DNA of 64,000 nucleotides. It comes from an uncultured virus (IMG/VR IMGVR_UViG_3300036945_000802) (Duplodnaviria; Heunggongvirae; Uroviricota; Caudoviricetes). The translations under genes were made by a program, and so were the position numbers. Below, piece by piece: positions 19,529 to 28,768 of this stretch; within the stretch, counting starts at the first letter, position 1; each line of letters opens with the position of its first letter. The stretch is from IMG/VR virus record IMGVR_UViG_3300036945_000802, one strand, 5' to 3'. The notes beneath the pieces were generated by a model, which saw only the letters and a list, made by a program, of their open reading frames with translations, made no database searches and was not told where the DNA came from.

Positions 19529-20467
19529 ATGCAAGATCAATTTTTGTGGGTAGAAAAGTATCGTCCTAAAAAGATCGAAGAGTGTATCCTTCCTAAACAG
19601 TTGAAGGATACATTTCAAACGATTGTAGATAGCGGCGAACTTCCTAACCTAATGTTTACTGGAACTGCTGGTCTTGGTAAGACTACAGTTGCACGTGCTT
19701 TGTGCGAACAACTTGGTATCGATTATATTGTTATCAACGGTTCTGAAGAAGGTAATATCGATACGCTTCGCACAAAGATTCGTCAATTCGCATCTACAGT
19801 TTCCCTTCAAGGTGGTTACAAATGTGTAATCCTTGACGAGGCAGACTATCTAAATCCTCAATCAACTCAACCTGCTCTCCGCGGTTTCATTGAAGAATTC
19901 GCTAATAACTGTCGATTCATTCTTACATGTAACTTTAAGAATCGTATCATCGAACCTCTCCATTCTCGTTGTGGTGTAATCGACTTCAAGTTTGATAAGA
20001 AGATCCTTGCTACATTGTGCGGTCAGTTTATGAATCGCCTAAAGCAAATCCTCGATACAGAAGGTGTCACATATTCTGAAGCTGTACTCGCTGAATTGAT
20101 TATGAAGCATGCTCCAGATTGGAGACGCGTTCTTAATGAAGCACAACGTTATAGTATCACAGGTACAATCGATGAAGGTATCCTTGTTACGCTTAATGAC
20201 AAGTCTATCCAAGATTTGATGGCTGCGCTTAAAGCTAAAAACTTTAAAGGTATGCGTGAATGGGTTGTCAACAATATTGATACTGAACCACATGCAATCT
20301 TCCGAAAAGTTTATGATGTGTTGAATGAACATCTGCAACCACAATCTATTCCACAAGTAATTCTTACACTTGCAGACTATCAATATAAGAATGCATTTGT
20401 TGCCGATCACGAGCTTAATGTTGTTGCATGTATGACTGAAGTTATGGCATCTGCGGAGTTCAAATGA
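19529..20467 (+). CDS. gp44: Clamp loader large subunit
   Basis: LWVEKYRP, GTAGLGKTT, LDEADYL and SRC motifs. Confidence 0.96.
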   Translation: MQDQFLWVEKYRPKKIEECILPKQLKDTFQTIVDSGELPNLMFTGTAGLGKTTVARALCEQLGIDYIVINGSEEGNIDTLRTKIRQFASTVSLQGGYKCVILDEADYLNPQSTQPALRGFIEEFANNCRFILTCNFKNRIIEPLHSRCGVIDFKFDKKILATLCGQFMNRLKQILDTEGVTYSEAVLAELIMKHAPDWRRVLNEAQRYSITGTIDEGILVTLNDKSIQDLMAALKAKNFKGMREWVVNNIDTEPHAIFRKVYDVLNEHLQPQSIPQVILTLADYQYKNAFVADHELNVVACMTEVMASAEFK

Positions 20468-20646
20468 CGTCAGCCAAGATTTATCCAAAAGATGATTTTT
20501 GGTGTGTAGACTATATAGATAGTAATTATCAAGCTTTGCCTACTGTAGGAATATTCAAAACATTAGAAGAAGCCAGGCAATCAGCGCTTGTTTGGGCTGA
20601 AGGAGAAGTAAAAAATGTGGCGATTGTGGGCAAAAGCACTTGGTGA
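20464..20646 (+). CDS. Hypothetical protein
   Basis: ATGA overlap with gp44. Confidence 0.5.
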   Translation: MTSAKIYPKDDFWCVDYIDSNYQALPTVGIFKTLEEARQSALVWAEGEVKNVAIVGKSTW

Positions 20647-20764
20647 AAAAGCTGGAAAAAATGATTACGAAGCAGACAGAGTTGCAATTATTCGTACAGC
20701 TATAGTCGGTTGTTATATAATTACTAATATTTTTATTGTGGCCGGTGTCATACGACACTGGTAA
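20615..20764 (+). CDS. Small membrane protein (49 aa)
   Basis: AAGGAG SD; MWRLWAKALGEK...IITNIFIVAGVIRHW. Confidence 0.6.
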   Translation: MWRLWAKALGEKAGKNDYEADRVAIIRTAIVGCYIITNIFIVAGVIRHW

Positions 20765-20770
20765 TATATT

Positions 20771-21145
20771 ATGAATCCTTTTGAATTTGTAAATGCTATC
20801 TGTGATACTAAGCAAAACTTAATCACAGATGATGCCTCTGAAAAGGCATATAATCCATTCATGGTTAATAGGTCTTTGTCCTATCACTATGATACTGTTT
20901 TGCTAGCCAATGAAATGAACATGCGACATTTCTTAGATAAGAAGCTTCAAAACGACTTTCTTATAAATACAGTTAGGAAGAAAAAACGCTTTGCCAAATG
21001 GGTAAAAGCAACTTCCCCTGATGATTTGGAAGTCGTTAAAGAGTATTATGGCTATAGCAACGAGAAGGCTCGTGCAATTCTACCTTTACTCAATGACGAT
21101 CAAATGGGACAATTGAGACAAAGGATTTTCAAAGGTGGAAAATAA
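20771..21145 (+). CDS. gp62: Clamp loader small subunit
   Basis: YNPFMVNRSLS, RKKKRFAKW and VKEYYGYSNEKA. Confidence 0.92.
   Translation: MNPFEFVNAICDTKQNLITDDASEKAYNPFMVNRSLSYHYDTVLLANEMNMRHFLDKKLQNDFLINTVRKKKRFAKWVKATSPDDLEVVKEYYGYSNEKARAILPLLNDDQMGQLRQRIFKGGK
20962..20969 (+). promoter_or_regulatory. Late promoter inside gp62, upstream of regA
   Basis: TATAAATA. Confidence 0.5.
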
Positions 21146-21560
21146 CGAAAAGAGCGTCGAGTGGACACCAGCTTCTATGTTGGAAGTTACACTGAACGAG
21201 CCGGACGATTTTCTAAAAGTACGTGAAACATTAACTAGAATTGGTGTTGCTTCTCGTAAAGATAGAAAGCTATATCAATCTTGCCATATTTTGCATAAGC
21301 AAGGCAGATATTTCATCGTTCATTTTAAAGAATTATTTGTATTGGATGGCAAACCGTCAACCATTACAGAAAACGATATTCAACGTCGTAATACGATTGC
21401 AGTCTTGCTTTCGGATTGGGGCTTGTTGACTATAAATAGTGTTGAGCAATCCAAGGATCGAGCTCCTTTACGACAGATCAAAGTATTGTCGTTTAAAGAG
21501 CGTGATGAATGGGAACTGTGTCCGAAATATAATATCGGAAACACTCGCAAAGAATTCTAA
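21135..21560 (+). CDS. regA: Translational repressor RegA
   Basis: DDFLKVRETLTRIGVA and LYQSCHILHKQGRYFIVHFKELF. Confidence 0.96.
   Translation: MENNEKSVEWTPASMLEVTLNEPDDFLKVRETLTRIGVASRKDRKLYQSCHILHKQGRYFIVHFKELFVLDGKPSTITENDIQRRNTIAVLLSDWGLLTINSVEQSKDRAPLRQIKVLSFKERDEWELCPKYNIGNTRKEF
21431..21438 (+). promoter_or_regulatory. Late promoter inside regA, upstream of hsp20
   Basis: TATAAATA. Confidence 0.55.
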
Positions 21561-21667
21561 TCCCCTCGGGGTGGGAACATGGCGGCAGTAACCATGTAAA
21601 TAACTGTCACCTTATGCCATATGGGTAAGGGAATTTTTATAAACTAACTCGCTTAATAGGAGCTAAT
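21561..21667 (+). promoter_or_regulatory. Structured hsp20 5' leader ending in a ROSE-like thermometer hairpin
   Basis: Several hairpins; the last, CTCGCT-TAAT-AGGAG, pairs UCGCU (bulged G) with the SD. Confidence 0.6.
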
Positions 21668-22192
21668 ATGACATTAGTAAAACAACTATTCGAAAAACCA
21701 TTCGAAGTATTAAACGTTTCTACAAAAGACTTTGACAAGTTTTTCGTGGGTTTCGACAAGCAATTTGACGAAATGGCTAAGCTTACACAAGAGCTTACAA
21801 AAAACGTACCTAACTATCCTCCATTCAACATCAAAAAAGTATCTGATAATAAGTACACTATTGAGATCGCCGTTGCTGGTTTCTCACAATCAGATGTAGA
21901 TGTTACTATCGAAGGCAATAAACTTGTCGTAGCTGGTAAAACTACTGACGATACAGATAGCGACTTCTTATTCAAAGGCATTGCGAACCGTGCATTCACA
22001 CGTACATTTGCATTAGCTGATAAGATCGAAGTTCAATCTGCAGAGATGGTAAATGGCATGTTGAAGATTGCATTAGACAAGATTATTGAAGCACAGCCAG
22101 TGCGCAAGATCGAAGTCAAAGGTGCAAAGAAATCTAAAAAAGAATTCTTAACGGAAGAGGATGAATATGACAAAGCTGCTGAAAAACTTTAA
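21668..22192 (+). CDS. Small heat shock protein Hsp20 (IbpA-like)
   Basis: YPPFNI, IEIAVAGF, GIANRAFTRTF and NGMLKI alpha-crystallin motifs. Confidence 0.93.
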   Translation: MTLVKQLFEKPFEVLNVSTKDFDKFFVGFDKQFDEMAKLTQELTKNVPNYPPFNIKKVSDNKYTIEIAVAGFSQSDVDVTIEGNKLVVAGKTTDDTDSDFLFKGIANRAFTRTFALADKIEVQSAEMVNGMLKIALDKIIEAQPVRKIEVKGAKKSKKEFLTEEDEYDKAAEKL

Positions 22193-22348
22193 AAATATTT
22201 TCCTCGGACTAGGTGAAGGTATTAATGCATTTAGGGCTTACAAAAGAGGTAAAGTAAGATGAATACATGGATACCTATGACAGATGATGATTGGGATTGG
22301 GTAAACGGTAAAGTACCTCCAACTCCTAAGCAACAACTTAAGTAAAAA

Positions 22349-22368
22349 TGGGAGGCTTATGCCTCCCA
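22349..22368 (+). terminator. Hairpin, probable terminator
   Basis: TGGGAGGC-TTAT-GCCTCCCA with a T-rich tail. Confidence 0.6.
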
Positions 22369-22388
22369 ACTCTTTTATAGATAATACT

Positions 22389-22589
22389 ATGAAAGACGTA
22401 AAACAAAAATTAATCTCGATGGATACTGTCCAATTAGGAGACTGGTATATAAAAGCCAGTCAATTGAAAGGCTATATTCTTTTAACGATGATTAATGTTT
22501 ATAATGGAAAATTTGTAATGCAGTACGTAGATGATGTACACAAAGCAAATTTAATTGTAGAATATGTTATTGAAAAAGGTGATTTATGA
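22389..22589 (+). CDS. Hypothetical protein
   Basis: ORF; start reassigned to MKDVKQ, downstream of the hairpin. Confidence 0.5.
   Translation: MKDVKQKLISMDTVQLGDWYIKASQLKGYILLTMINVYNGKFVMQYVDDVHKANLIVEYVIEKGDL
22535..22563 (+). promoter_or_regulatory. Probable promoter (variant)
   Basis: TGTACA-N17-TAGAAT. Confidence 0.45.
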
Positions 22590-22885
22590 TTAAGTGTATT
22601 CAATTAGTAAATGGTCATGATTTAATTGGTGATATGGAAAAAGATGTAACTGGAGACTATTACAACGTTAAAAATCCAGCAGCAGTTCATATGGTACCAT
22701 CACAGAATGGCAACGGTCAATTTGGTATTGGTTTAATTCCATTTATGCCATTCTCAGAAACAAACAGCATTACAATTACAAGAGATAAGATTGTAATCGA
22801 ATTTGAACCTTCTATTGAGATGCGAAATAATTATAGCAAGATGTTCGGCAGCGGGATTGAAATCGCTAACGTTATGCCCCGATAA
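22586..22885 (+). CDS. Conserved hypothetical protein preceding gp43 (possibly Sm-like)
   Basis: IQLVNGHDLIG...YSKMFGSGI. Confidence 0.65.
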   Translation: MIKCIQLVNGHDLIGDMEKDVTGDYYNVKNPAAVHMVPSQNGNGQFGIGLIPFMPFSETNSITITRDKIVIEFEPSIEMRNNYSKMFGSGIEIANVMPR

Positions 22886-22899
22886 GTTTTAAAAGTCTA

Positions 22900-22928
22900 T
22901 GTACTTTTTTAACTCGTTATGGTATAAT
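22900..22928 (+). promoter_or_regulatory. Early/middle promoter for gp43 (leaderless)
   Basis: TGTACT-N17-TATAAT, ATG 7 nt downstream. Confidence 0.78.
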
Positions 22929-22935
22929 GGAAGCT

Positions 22936-25452
22936 ATGGAATTCTATACAAACATCTCTCGCTACGGCAATCAAATCCTTTATCGCGGTTATAAAGACGG
23001 TAAACGGGTAACAACAAAAACACCTTTCTCCCCAACGCTATTCATTCCAGTAGAAAAACCTACTGGATGGGTATCTGTTGACGGCAAGCATGTAGAACCT
23101 TATACATGCGAAACGATGCGTGATGCCAAAGAATTCATTGAACGCTACAAAGATGTATCGAACTTTGAAATCTATGGCAACACCAACTACATCGCTCAGT
23201 TCGTAACTGAGAAATTCCCAGGCGTAATTAAGTTTGATCCTACGATCATCAACATTACCACAATCGACATCGAGGTACAATCTAACGAAGGTTTCCCAGA
23301 ACCTGAAGAAGCAAAGTATCCAGTCACAGCAATCTGCTTAAAAAATAATATCGATAACACTTACTACATTTGGGGTCTCGGACCTTATGATGCTAGTAAA
23401 TCAATCATGCGTGATAATCGTGTGGTGTATGTACAGTGTAAAGATGAATCTGAATTGTTAGTTCGTTTCATTAATCACTGGGGTTCTGCTACGCACATGC
23501 CTGATGTGGTTACTGGTTGGAACATTCGCAACTTCGATATTCCATATATCATCAACAGATGTGCACGCATTATTGATCCAGATACTATTCGCAAGCTATC
23601 ACCATGGGGTAGAGTCGAAGAACGTATGGTTGCTATGCAGAAAAAACAAGTGCAAATGTTCGATATCGTTGGTATCGCACAACTTGATTGGATGGACTTG
23701 TTTAAGAAGTTCGGTCACACTTATGGTCCACAAGAAAACTATCGTTTGGATACTATTGCTAATACTGTGCTTGGTGAACATAAGCTAGAATACGATGGTA
23801 CGTTACATAGTTTGTACATGACTGACCACCAAAAATTCATCGACTATAACATTCGTGACGTAGATCTTGTTGCACGCATGGAAGAAAAAGCTGGATTGAT
23901 CGTACTGTGTTTGACTATGGCTTACAAAGCTGGTGTCAACTATAACGATACATTCGGTACTACTTCTATTTGGGATACACTCATCTATCGTAATCTAACA
24001 CCTCAAAAGATCGTCGTACCACCTAACAAAGAATCATTCAAAGAAGCTTATGATGGTGGTTATGTTAAAGATCCTCAGTGTGGTGTACACGATTGGGTTG
24101 CATCATTTGACGTAAACTCACTATATCCAAACATCATTGTGCAATGGAACATGTCTCCTGAAACGATTGTTAAAGGTCGTCACGATCATCGTGTAAATCC
24201 TGATTCTATCCTCGAAGGTTATGTACCTGAAAAGACTGAATACGGTATCTGTGGTTCTGGTCAAATGTTCTCCAACGAGAAACAAGGTTTCATGCCTAAG
24301 ATCATCGAAGAACTATACGATGAACGCGTAAAGATTAAGAAGATGATGATTGCTTCTAAGAAAGAACTCGAAGCATGCGATCAAACCAATAAGCAAGAAG
24401 TGTATCGTATTGAACGTGATATCGTCAGATATGAAAACGAACAGACTGCAATTAAGCTTCTTCTAAACTCTCTTTACGGTGCGCTTGGTAATAAGTACTT
24501 CCGTTACTTTACGATGGAGATTGCAGAAGGTATTACACTATCTGGCCAATCTATTATTCGTTGGGCAGAAAAAGCAGTTAATGATTATCTAAACAAAGCG
24601 CTTAAGAATACTAAGCAAAAAGATTATGTCATTGCGATTGATACCGATTCTGTGTATGTTGCTCTTGAAGATGTAGTAAAAGCAAGTGGTCTAAAAGACA
24701 AAGAAAAGATTACAAACTTCCTTGATAAACTTTGTGGTGATGCATTAGAATCTGTACTCGATAAAGCATTCGTTGAAATCACTGATAATATGAATTGCTT
24801 TAAGAAGCGTCTAACTATGAAACGCGAAGCTATTGCTGATCGTGCCATCTGGACTGCTAAGAAGCGTTACATCTTAAACGTATTAGATAATGAAGGAGTT
24901 CGCTATGCGAAACCTAAACTTAAAATCATGGGCATCGAGGCGATCAAGTCGTCTACACCGGGCACGTGTCGCGAGGCTTTTACAGAGTTGTTCCAAGTGC
25001 TCATCCACGGTACGGAAGCAGAGACTCAGAAATTTATTTCGGATTATCGAGCTAAATTTGAAGCTCTCCCGCCAGAAGAGAAAGCTTTCCCGCGTGGTGT
25101 GTCGAGTGTCAAAGAGTACCAATCACGTGACACGCTCTACAAAAAGGGTACGCCGATAAATTCACGTGCGGCTATCTTGTATAACCACATGCTGAATAAA
25201 AATGGATTGAAGACTTACACACCAATTCGTGGTGGTGACAAGATCAAATACATTTACTTGTATCGTCACAATCCAATGAAAGAAGACGTCATCGGTTTTG
25301 TTGATGTTCTTCCACCAGAATTTAAGCTGCATAAGTTCATTGATAATGACACACAGTTTGAAAAAGCATTCCTCGAACCAGCAAAACTAATCTTAGATGC
25401 TATCGGATGGAAAGCAGAACCAGTAGCCACATTGGAAGATTTCTTTGCTTAA
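22936..25452 (+). CDS. gp43: Family B DNA polymerase
   Basis: DIEV exonuclease, SFDVNSLYP, KLLLNSLYGALGN and DTDS; the ATG at 22927 overlaps the -10, so 22936 is preferred. Confidence 0.97.
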   Translation: MEFYTNISRYGNQILYRGYKDGKRVTTKTPFSPTLFIPVEKPTGWVSVDGKHVEPYTCETMRDAKEFIERYKDVSNFEIYGNTNYIAQFVTEKFPGVIKFDPTIINITTIDIEVQSNEGFPEPEEAKYPVTAICLKNNIDNTYYIWGLGPYDASKSIMRDNRVVYVQCKDESELLVRFINHWGSATHMPDVVTGWNIRNFDIPYIINRCARIIDPDTIRKLSPWGRVEERMVAMQKKQVQMFDIVGIAQLDWMDLFKKFGHTYGPQENYRLDTIANTVLGEHKLEYDGTLHSLYMTDHQKFIDYNIRDVDLVARMEEKAGLIVLCLTMAYKAGVNYNDTFGTTSIWDTLIYRNLTPQKIVVPPNKESFKEAYDGGYVKDPQCGVHDWVASFDVNSLYPNIIVQWNMSPETIVKGRHDHRVNPDSILEGYVPEKTEYGICGSGQMFSNEKQGFMPKIIEELYDERVKIKKMMIASKKELEACDQTNKQEVYRIERDIVRYENEQTAIKLLLNSLYGALGNKYFRYFTMEIAEGITLSGQSIIRWAEKAVNDYLNKALKNTKQKDYVIAIDTDSVYVALEDVVKASGLKDKEKITNFLDKLCGDALESVLDKAFVEITDNMNCFKKRLTMKREAIADRAIWTAKKRYILNVLDNEGVRYAKPKLKIMGIEAIKSSTPGTCREAFTELFQVLIHGTEAETQKFISDYRAKFEALPPEEKAFPRGVSSVKEYQSRDTLYKKGTPINSRAAILYNHMLNKNGLKTYTPIRGGDKIKYIYLYRHNPMKEDVIGFVDVLPPEFKLHKFIDNDTQFEKAFLEPAKLILDAIGWKAEPVATLEDFFA

Positions 25453-25454
25453 CA

Positions 25455-25483
25455 TGTACAGCAGAGAAAAAGTGTGGTATAAT
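25455..25483 (+). promoter_or_regulatory. Early/middle promoter
   Basis: TGTACA-N17-TATAAT with TGTGG. Confidence 0.82.
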
Positions 25484-25503
25484 ATAATTTTAGGAGTATT
25501 ATA

Positions 25504-25947
25504 ATGAGTAAAAATTGGGTACAAGACATTGCTGAAATGCATGCAAAATATGGTGTGCATCCTGTAGTAAAACAATTTGATCGCGATAAACTAGAAGCTT
25601 TCTTAAAGTTCCGCATTGACTTCTTACAAGAAGAACTAGACGAAATGCGTAAAGCAGTAGTAGATCGTCAAGCTGGTAAAATTGATGCAACTACAGCAGC
25701 TGATGATACAGTCGATGCATTGATTGATCTATGTGTTGTTGCAATCGGTACACTTGATGCATTTAATGTCGATGCGCATACCGCCTGGGATCGTGTATTA
25801 GAAGCCAACATGAACAAAGAAGTTGGCATCAAAGAATCTCGACCAAATCCACTAGGTTTACCAGACTTGATTAAACCTGCAGGTTGGAAAGCACCAACAC
25901 ATGCAGATAATATCGGACTGCTAAACAAAACATATGGCAAACAATAA
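25504..25947 (+). CDS. MazG-like all-alpha nucleoside triphosphate pyrophosphohydrolase
   Basis: LQEELDE...DALIDL...VLEANMNK...LIKPAGW pattern. Confidence 0.78.
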   Translation: MSKNWVQDIAEMHAKYGVHPVVKQFDRDKLEAFLKFRIDFLQEELDEMRKAVVDRQAGKIDATTAADDTVDALIDLCVVAIGTLDAFNVDAHTAWDRVLEANMNKEVGIKESRPNPLGLPDLIKPAGWKAPTHADNIGLLNKTYGKQ

Positions 25948-26197
25948 CATAACTGCTACTACATACAATCCAACCATCGCCAATCTTGGTACGGTGGTTG
26001 GTACTGTTAAGCGACAAGTTGATGATAACTTTAAAGAAGACTTCTTTGCATTTATGAAAGAAAATCTTCGAGTTGCTGAATATGTAGATGAGACTGGTAA
26101 AGTTGAATACGTAGAACTACAATTCAGAACTGGTCCTGGATATGTGTGGGAAGAAGTTAGACGAGTGAAATTAAAACCTACAGATAAGCCTTATTAA
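25934..26197 (+). CDS. Hypothetical protein
   Basis: ORF in the operon. Confidence 0.55.
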   Translation: MANNNITATTYNPTIANLGTVVGTVKRQVDDNFKEDFFAFMKENLRVAEYVDETGKVEYVELQFRTGPGYVWEEVRRVKLKPTDKPY

Positions 26198-26198
26198 T

Positions 26199-27191
26199 AT
26201 GACATACTCTTTGACAGCGTTTAGTTCTATTTTTGATAATAAGACTCATCGCCAAATACATCATGACAAATGGGAAGATTTCGAAGCCATGCTTTATAAG
26301 ATGGCTGAAACTCCCGGATATAAACTAAAACGCGGGGAACGTAAAGCACCATCAGGTCTTAAAGCTTCTCCGCTAATTTCACCAGCAGTTTTCCCTGAAG
26401 GCAAAACACGTGCCAACGATAATGTGATCGAGTGGGCAGGTTGGGCAGCTCTTGATATCGACGATCATAAATTTGAAGGCAACTTGCAAAATGAATTACA
26501 TTCTCGTTTCGGCAACTATTATTACGTTTGTTATTCTACTTCTTCTAGTACTACTGAACATCCGAAATTTCGACTTGTATTCCCACTTAACTCTAGTGTG
26601 CGGAAAGAACAGATCAAACACTTTTGGTATGCACTCAACAAAGAGTTCGGAGACATCGGAGATGGGCAGACTAAGGACTTATCGCGAATGTATTATGTTC
26701 CAGCAATTTATCCTGGGGCTCATAACTTTATTTTCACTAATAGTACTGGTTCTTTTATTAATCCTATTGCTCTGATGGACAAACATCCATTTGCAGTTGC
26801 ACAATCTGGTGTAGCTACATTTATGGATAGACTTCCACCAGAAGTGCAAAAGAAAGTTGTAAACCATCGCGAAGAATTGTTAAAGCAGCAAGCTAACTAC
26901 AACTTTGAGTGGACTTCATATCGTGATTGTCCATTCGTCAATAAGAAAATGGTTAATGAATACTCTGCAATCTCTGGTCAAGACGGTTCAGGTCGTTATG
27001 CGATGATCTATAAACTTATGACGTCGATTGCATGTAATGCGATTAAGCGTAGGTATCCTATCACCTCTAATCAGATTGCAGAGCTCATTAGGCAACTCGA
27101 CCGAGACACATCTAGACGTTACCAGAAGCGTCCACTACAAACAGAAGCAGAACGCGCATTAGAATATGCTTATCGTACTGCTGATATCTAA
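26199..27191 (+). CDS. Putative AEP/primase-polymerase-like protein
   Basis: WAALDIDD, YSTSSS...PKFRLVFPL and D..TKDLSRMYYVP; helical C-terminal domain. Confidence 0.6.
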   Translation: MTYSLTAFSSIFDNKTHRQIHHDKWEDFEAMLYKMAETPGYKLKRGERKAPSGLKASPLISPAVFPEGKTRANDNVIEWAGWAALDIDDHKFEGNLQNELHSRFGNYYYVCYSTSSSTTEHPKFRLVFPLNSSVRKEQIKHFWYALNKEFGDIGDGQTKDLSRMYYVPAIYPGAHNFIFTNSTGSFINPIALMDKHPFAVAQSGVATFMDRLPPEVQKKVVNHREELLKQQANYNFEWTSYRDCPFVNKKMVNEYSAISGQDGSGRYAMIYKLMTSIACNAIKRRYPITSNQIAELIRQLDRDTSRRYQKRPLQTEAERALEYAYRTADI

Positions 27192-27194
27192 CTA

Positions 27195-27223
27195 TGTACT
27201 GCAGGATATTTTTGTGGTATAAT
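27195..27223 (+). promoter_or_regulatory. Early/middle promoter of the modification operon
   Basis: TGTACT-N17-TATAAT with TGTGG. Confidence 0.82.
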
Positions 27224-27248
27224 ATAACCTACACTCAAGGAAAATAAC

Positions 27249-27623
27249 ATGTCAAAACAATATACACGTTACTCTGCACAAGTTCTGCTCGAAGCTGCAG
27301 ACATTCAAGAGAAAAAAGGTCAAGACTACAATAACGCTGTATCAAGTGTACAGCAAGCAGATTATTACCCTCGCGGTGTAACATCTATTCTTGACATCGT
27401 CAATGCAAAATATCTTCGCATGGTTTCTGTACTTGAAACTATGGAAGCTGGTGGTAATGTCAACTTCGAATCAGTCGAAGATTCTGCTATCGACATGATT
27501 AACTATGCATCGTTTATCGTAGCGTATATGCGCGGCCAAGTTCCTGGCCAAAAATTAGATCATGACATCTTCAATCGTAAATCGAATGGTGATCAATCAT
27601 TAATGCCATCTGTAAAGGAATAA
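27249..27623 (+). CDS. Nucleotide-modification-associated domain protein (DUF1599-like, all-alpha)
   Basis: KKGQDY...K..R...ESVEDSAIDMINYA. Confidence 0.6.
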   Translation: MSKQYTRYSAQVLLEAADIQEKKGQDYNNAVSSVQQADYYPRGVTSILDIVNAKYLRMVSVLETMEAGGNVNFESVEDSAIDMINYASFIVAYMRGQVPGQKLDHDIFNRKSNGDQSLMPSVKE

Positions 27624-27624
27624 T

Positions 27625-28332
27625 ATGATTCGTAATTATGTTTATGATATTCAAGCTGAATTTGCACGTAAGCTTGCAGAACAAGAATTTGTAACAGATA
27701 AAGGTGGTCAGAAAACCATCGAAATCATTAATGCATCTTTCATTGCAGATGAAGCATCAATCTTTGGTGAAGTTAATCAAGACTATGTAAAGCGTGAACT
27801 TGAATGGTATCGTTCGCTTTCACTATCTGTTGACGATATTCCAGGTGGACCACCAGCAATCTGGAAACAAGTTGCAGATAAGTATGGTCGTATTAATTCG
27901 AATTATGGTTGGTGCATTTACTCTGCAGATAATCATCATCAATTTTCTAAAGTTGTAGGCGAATTAGTTGAATCTCCATTGTCTCGTCGTGCTACAATGA
28001 TTTACATTCGACCAACAATGCATGAAGATTATAAGCGTGATGGTATGTCCGACTTCATGTGTACATATTCAACACAGTATTACATTCGAGAAGGTCGTCT
28101 GCATGCATCTGTATTCATGCGATCTAACGATGCAGTTTATGGATACAAAAACGATTATGCGTGGCAACACTATGTTCACACAGAAGTACTTCAAGCAGTT
28201 AATGGTCGCAGTGGTACAGTATATGGCCTTGGTGATCTTCACTGGAATGCTGGTAGTCTTCATGTCTACGAACGTCATTTCAATTTAGTTAATGATTGGG
28301 CTATTGTCGATGGAGACTTCATTGTCAGTTAA
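27625..28332 (+). CDS. gp42: dCMP hydroxymethylase (T4 gp42-like)
   Basis: Colinear with T4 gp42: KTIEIINASF, RELEWY, INSNYGW, DGMSDFMCT, MRSND..G.KNDYAWQ (dCMP-specifying Asp) and GSLHVY. Confidence 0.9.
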   Translation: MIRNYVYDIQAEFARKLAEQEFVTDKGGQKTIEIINASFIADEASIFGEVNQDYVKRELEWYRSLSLSVDDIPGGPPAIWKQVADKYGRINSNYGWCIYSADNHHQFSKVVGELVESPLSRRATMIYIRPTMHEDYKRDGMSDFMCTYSTQYYIREGRLHASVFMRSNDAVYGYKNDYAWQHYVHTEVLQAVNGRSGTVYGLGDLHWNAGSLHVYERHFNLVNDWAIVDGDFIVS

Positions 28333-28768
28333 TAAATGGAATGAACGCTATATGGCGATGGCCAAAGAAGTAGCGCAATGGTCCAAAGATCCTAACACTA
28401 AAGTTGGTGCTGTAGCTGTAGGATCTAAAGGCCAAATTCTATCTCAAGGGTTTAACGGTTTTCCTCGCGGAATCCTTGATACACCTGAACGACTTAATGA
28501 ACGCGAAGTGAAATATCAGTTTGTAGTTCATGCTGAAATGAATGTGATTTATAATGCTACATATTCTGGAGTATCTCTTGATGGCGCAAAGCTTTATGTT
28601 TATGGTTTGCCTGTTTGTAATGAGTGTGCTAAAGGTATAATTCAAGTTGGCATTAAAGAAGTTTATGTAGCACAAGAATGTATAGATCTTCGTCCTCATT
28701 GGTTAGAATCATATCAAAAGACGTTAGACATGTTTAATGAAGTCGGGATTAAAGTATTTGCAATATGA
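28292..28768 (+). CDS. cd: dCMP deaminase (true start may be 28310 or 28322)
   Basis: SKDPNTKVGA, GFNG, HAE and PVCNEC. Confidence 0.92.
   Translation: MIGLLSMETSLSVNKWNERYMAMAKEVAQWSKDPNTKVGAVAVGSKGQILSQGFNGFPRGILDTPERLNEREVKYQFVVHAEMNVIYNATYSGVSLDGAKLYVYGLPVCNECAKGIIQVGIKEVYVAQECIDLRPHWLESYQKTLDMFNEVGIKVFAI

Noticed and set aside
27625..28332. Ordinary thymidylate synthase or dUMP hydroxymethylase
   Set aside because: Colinear with T4 gp42, has Asp at the specificity position, and ThyX is present separately
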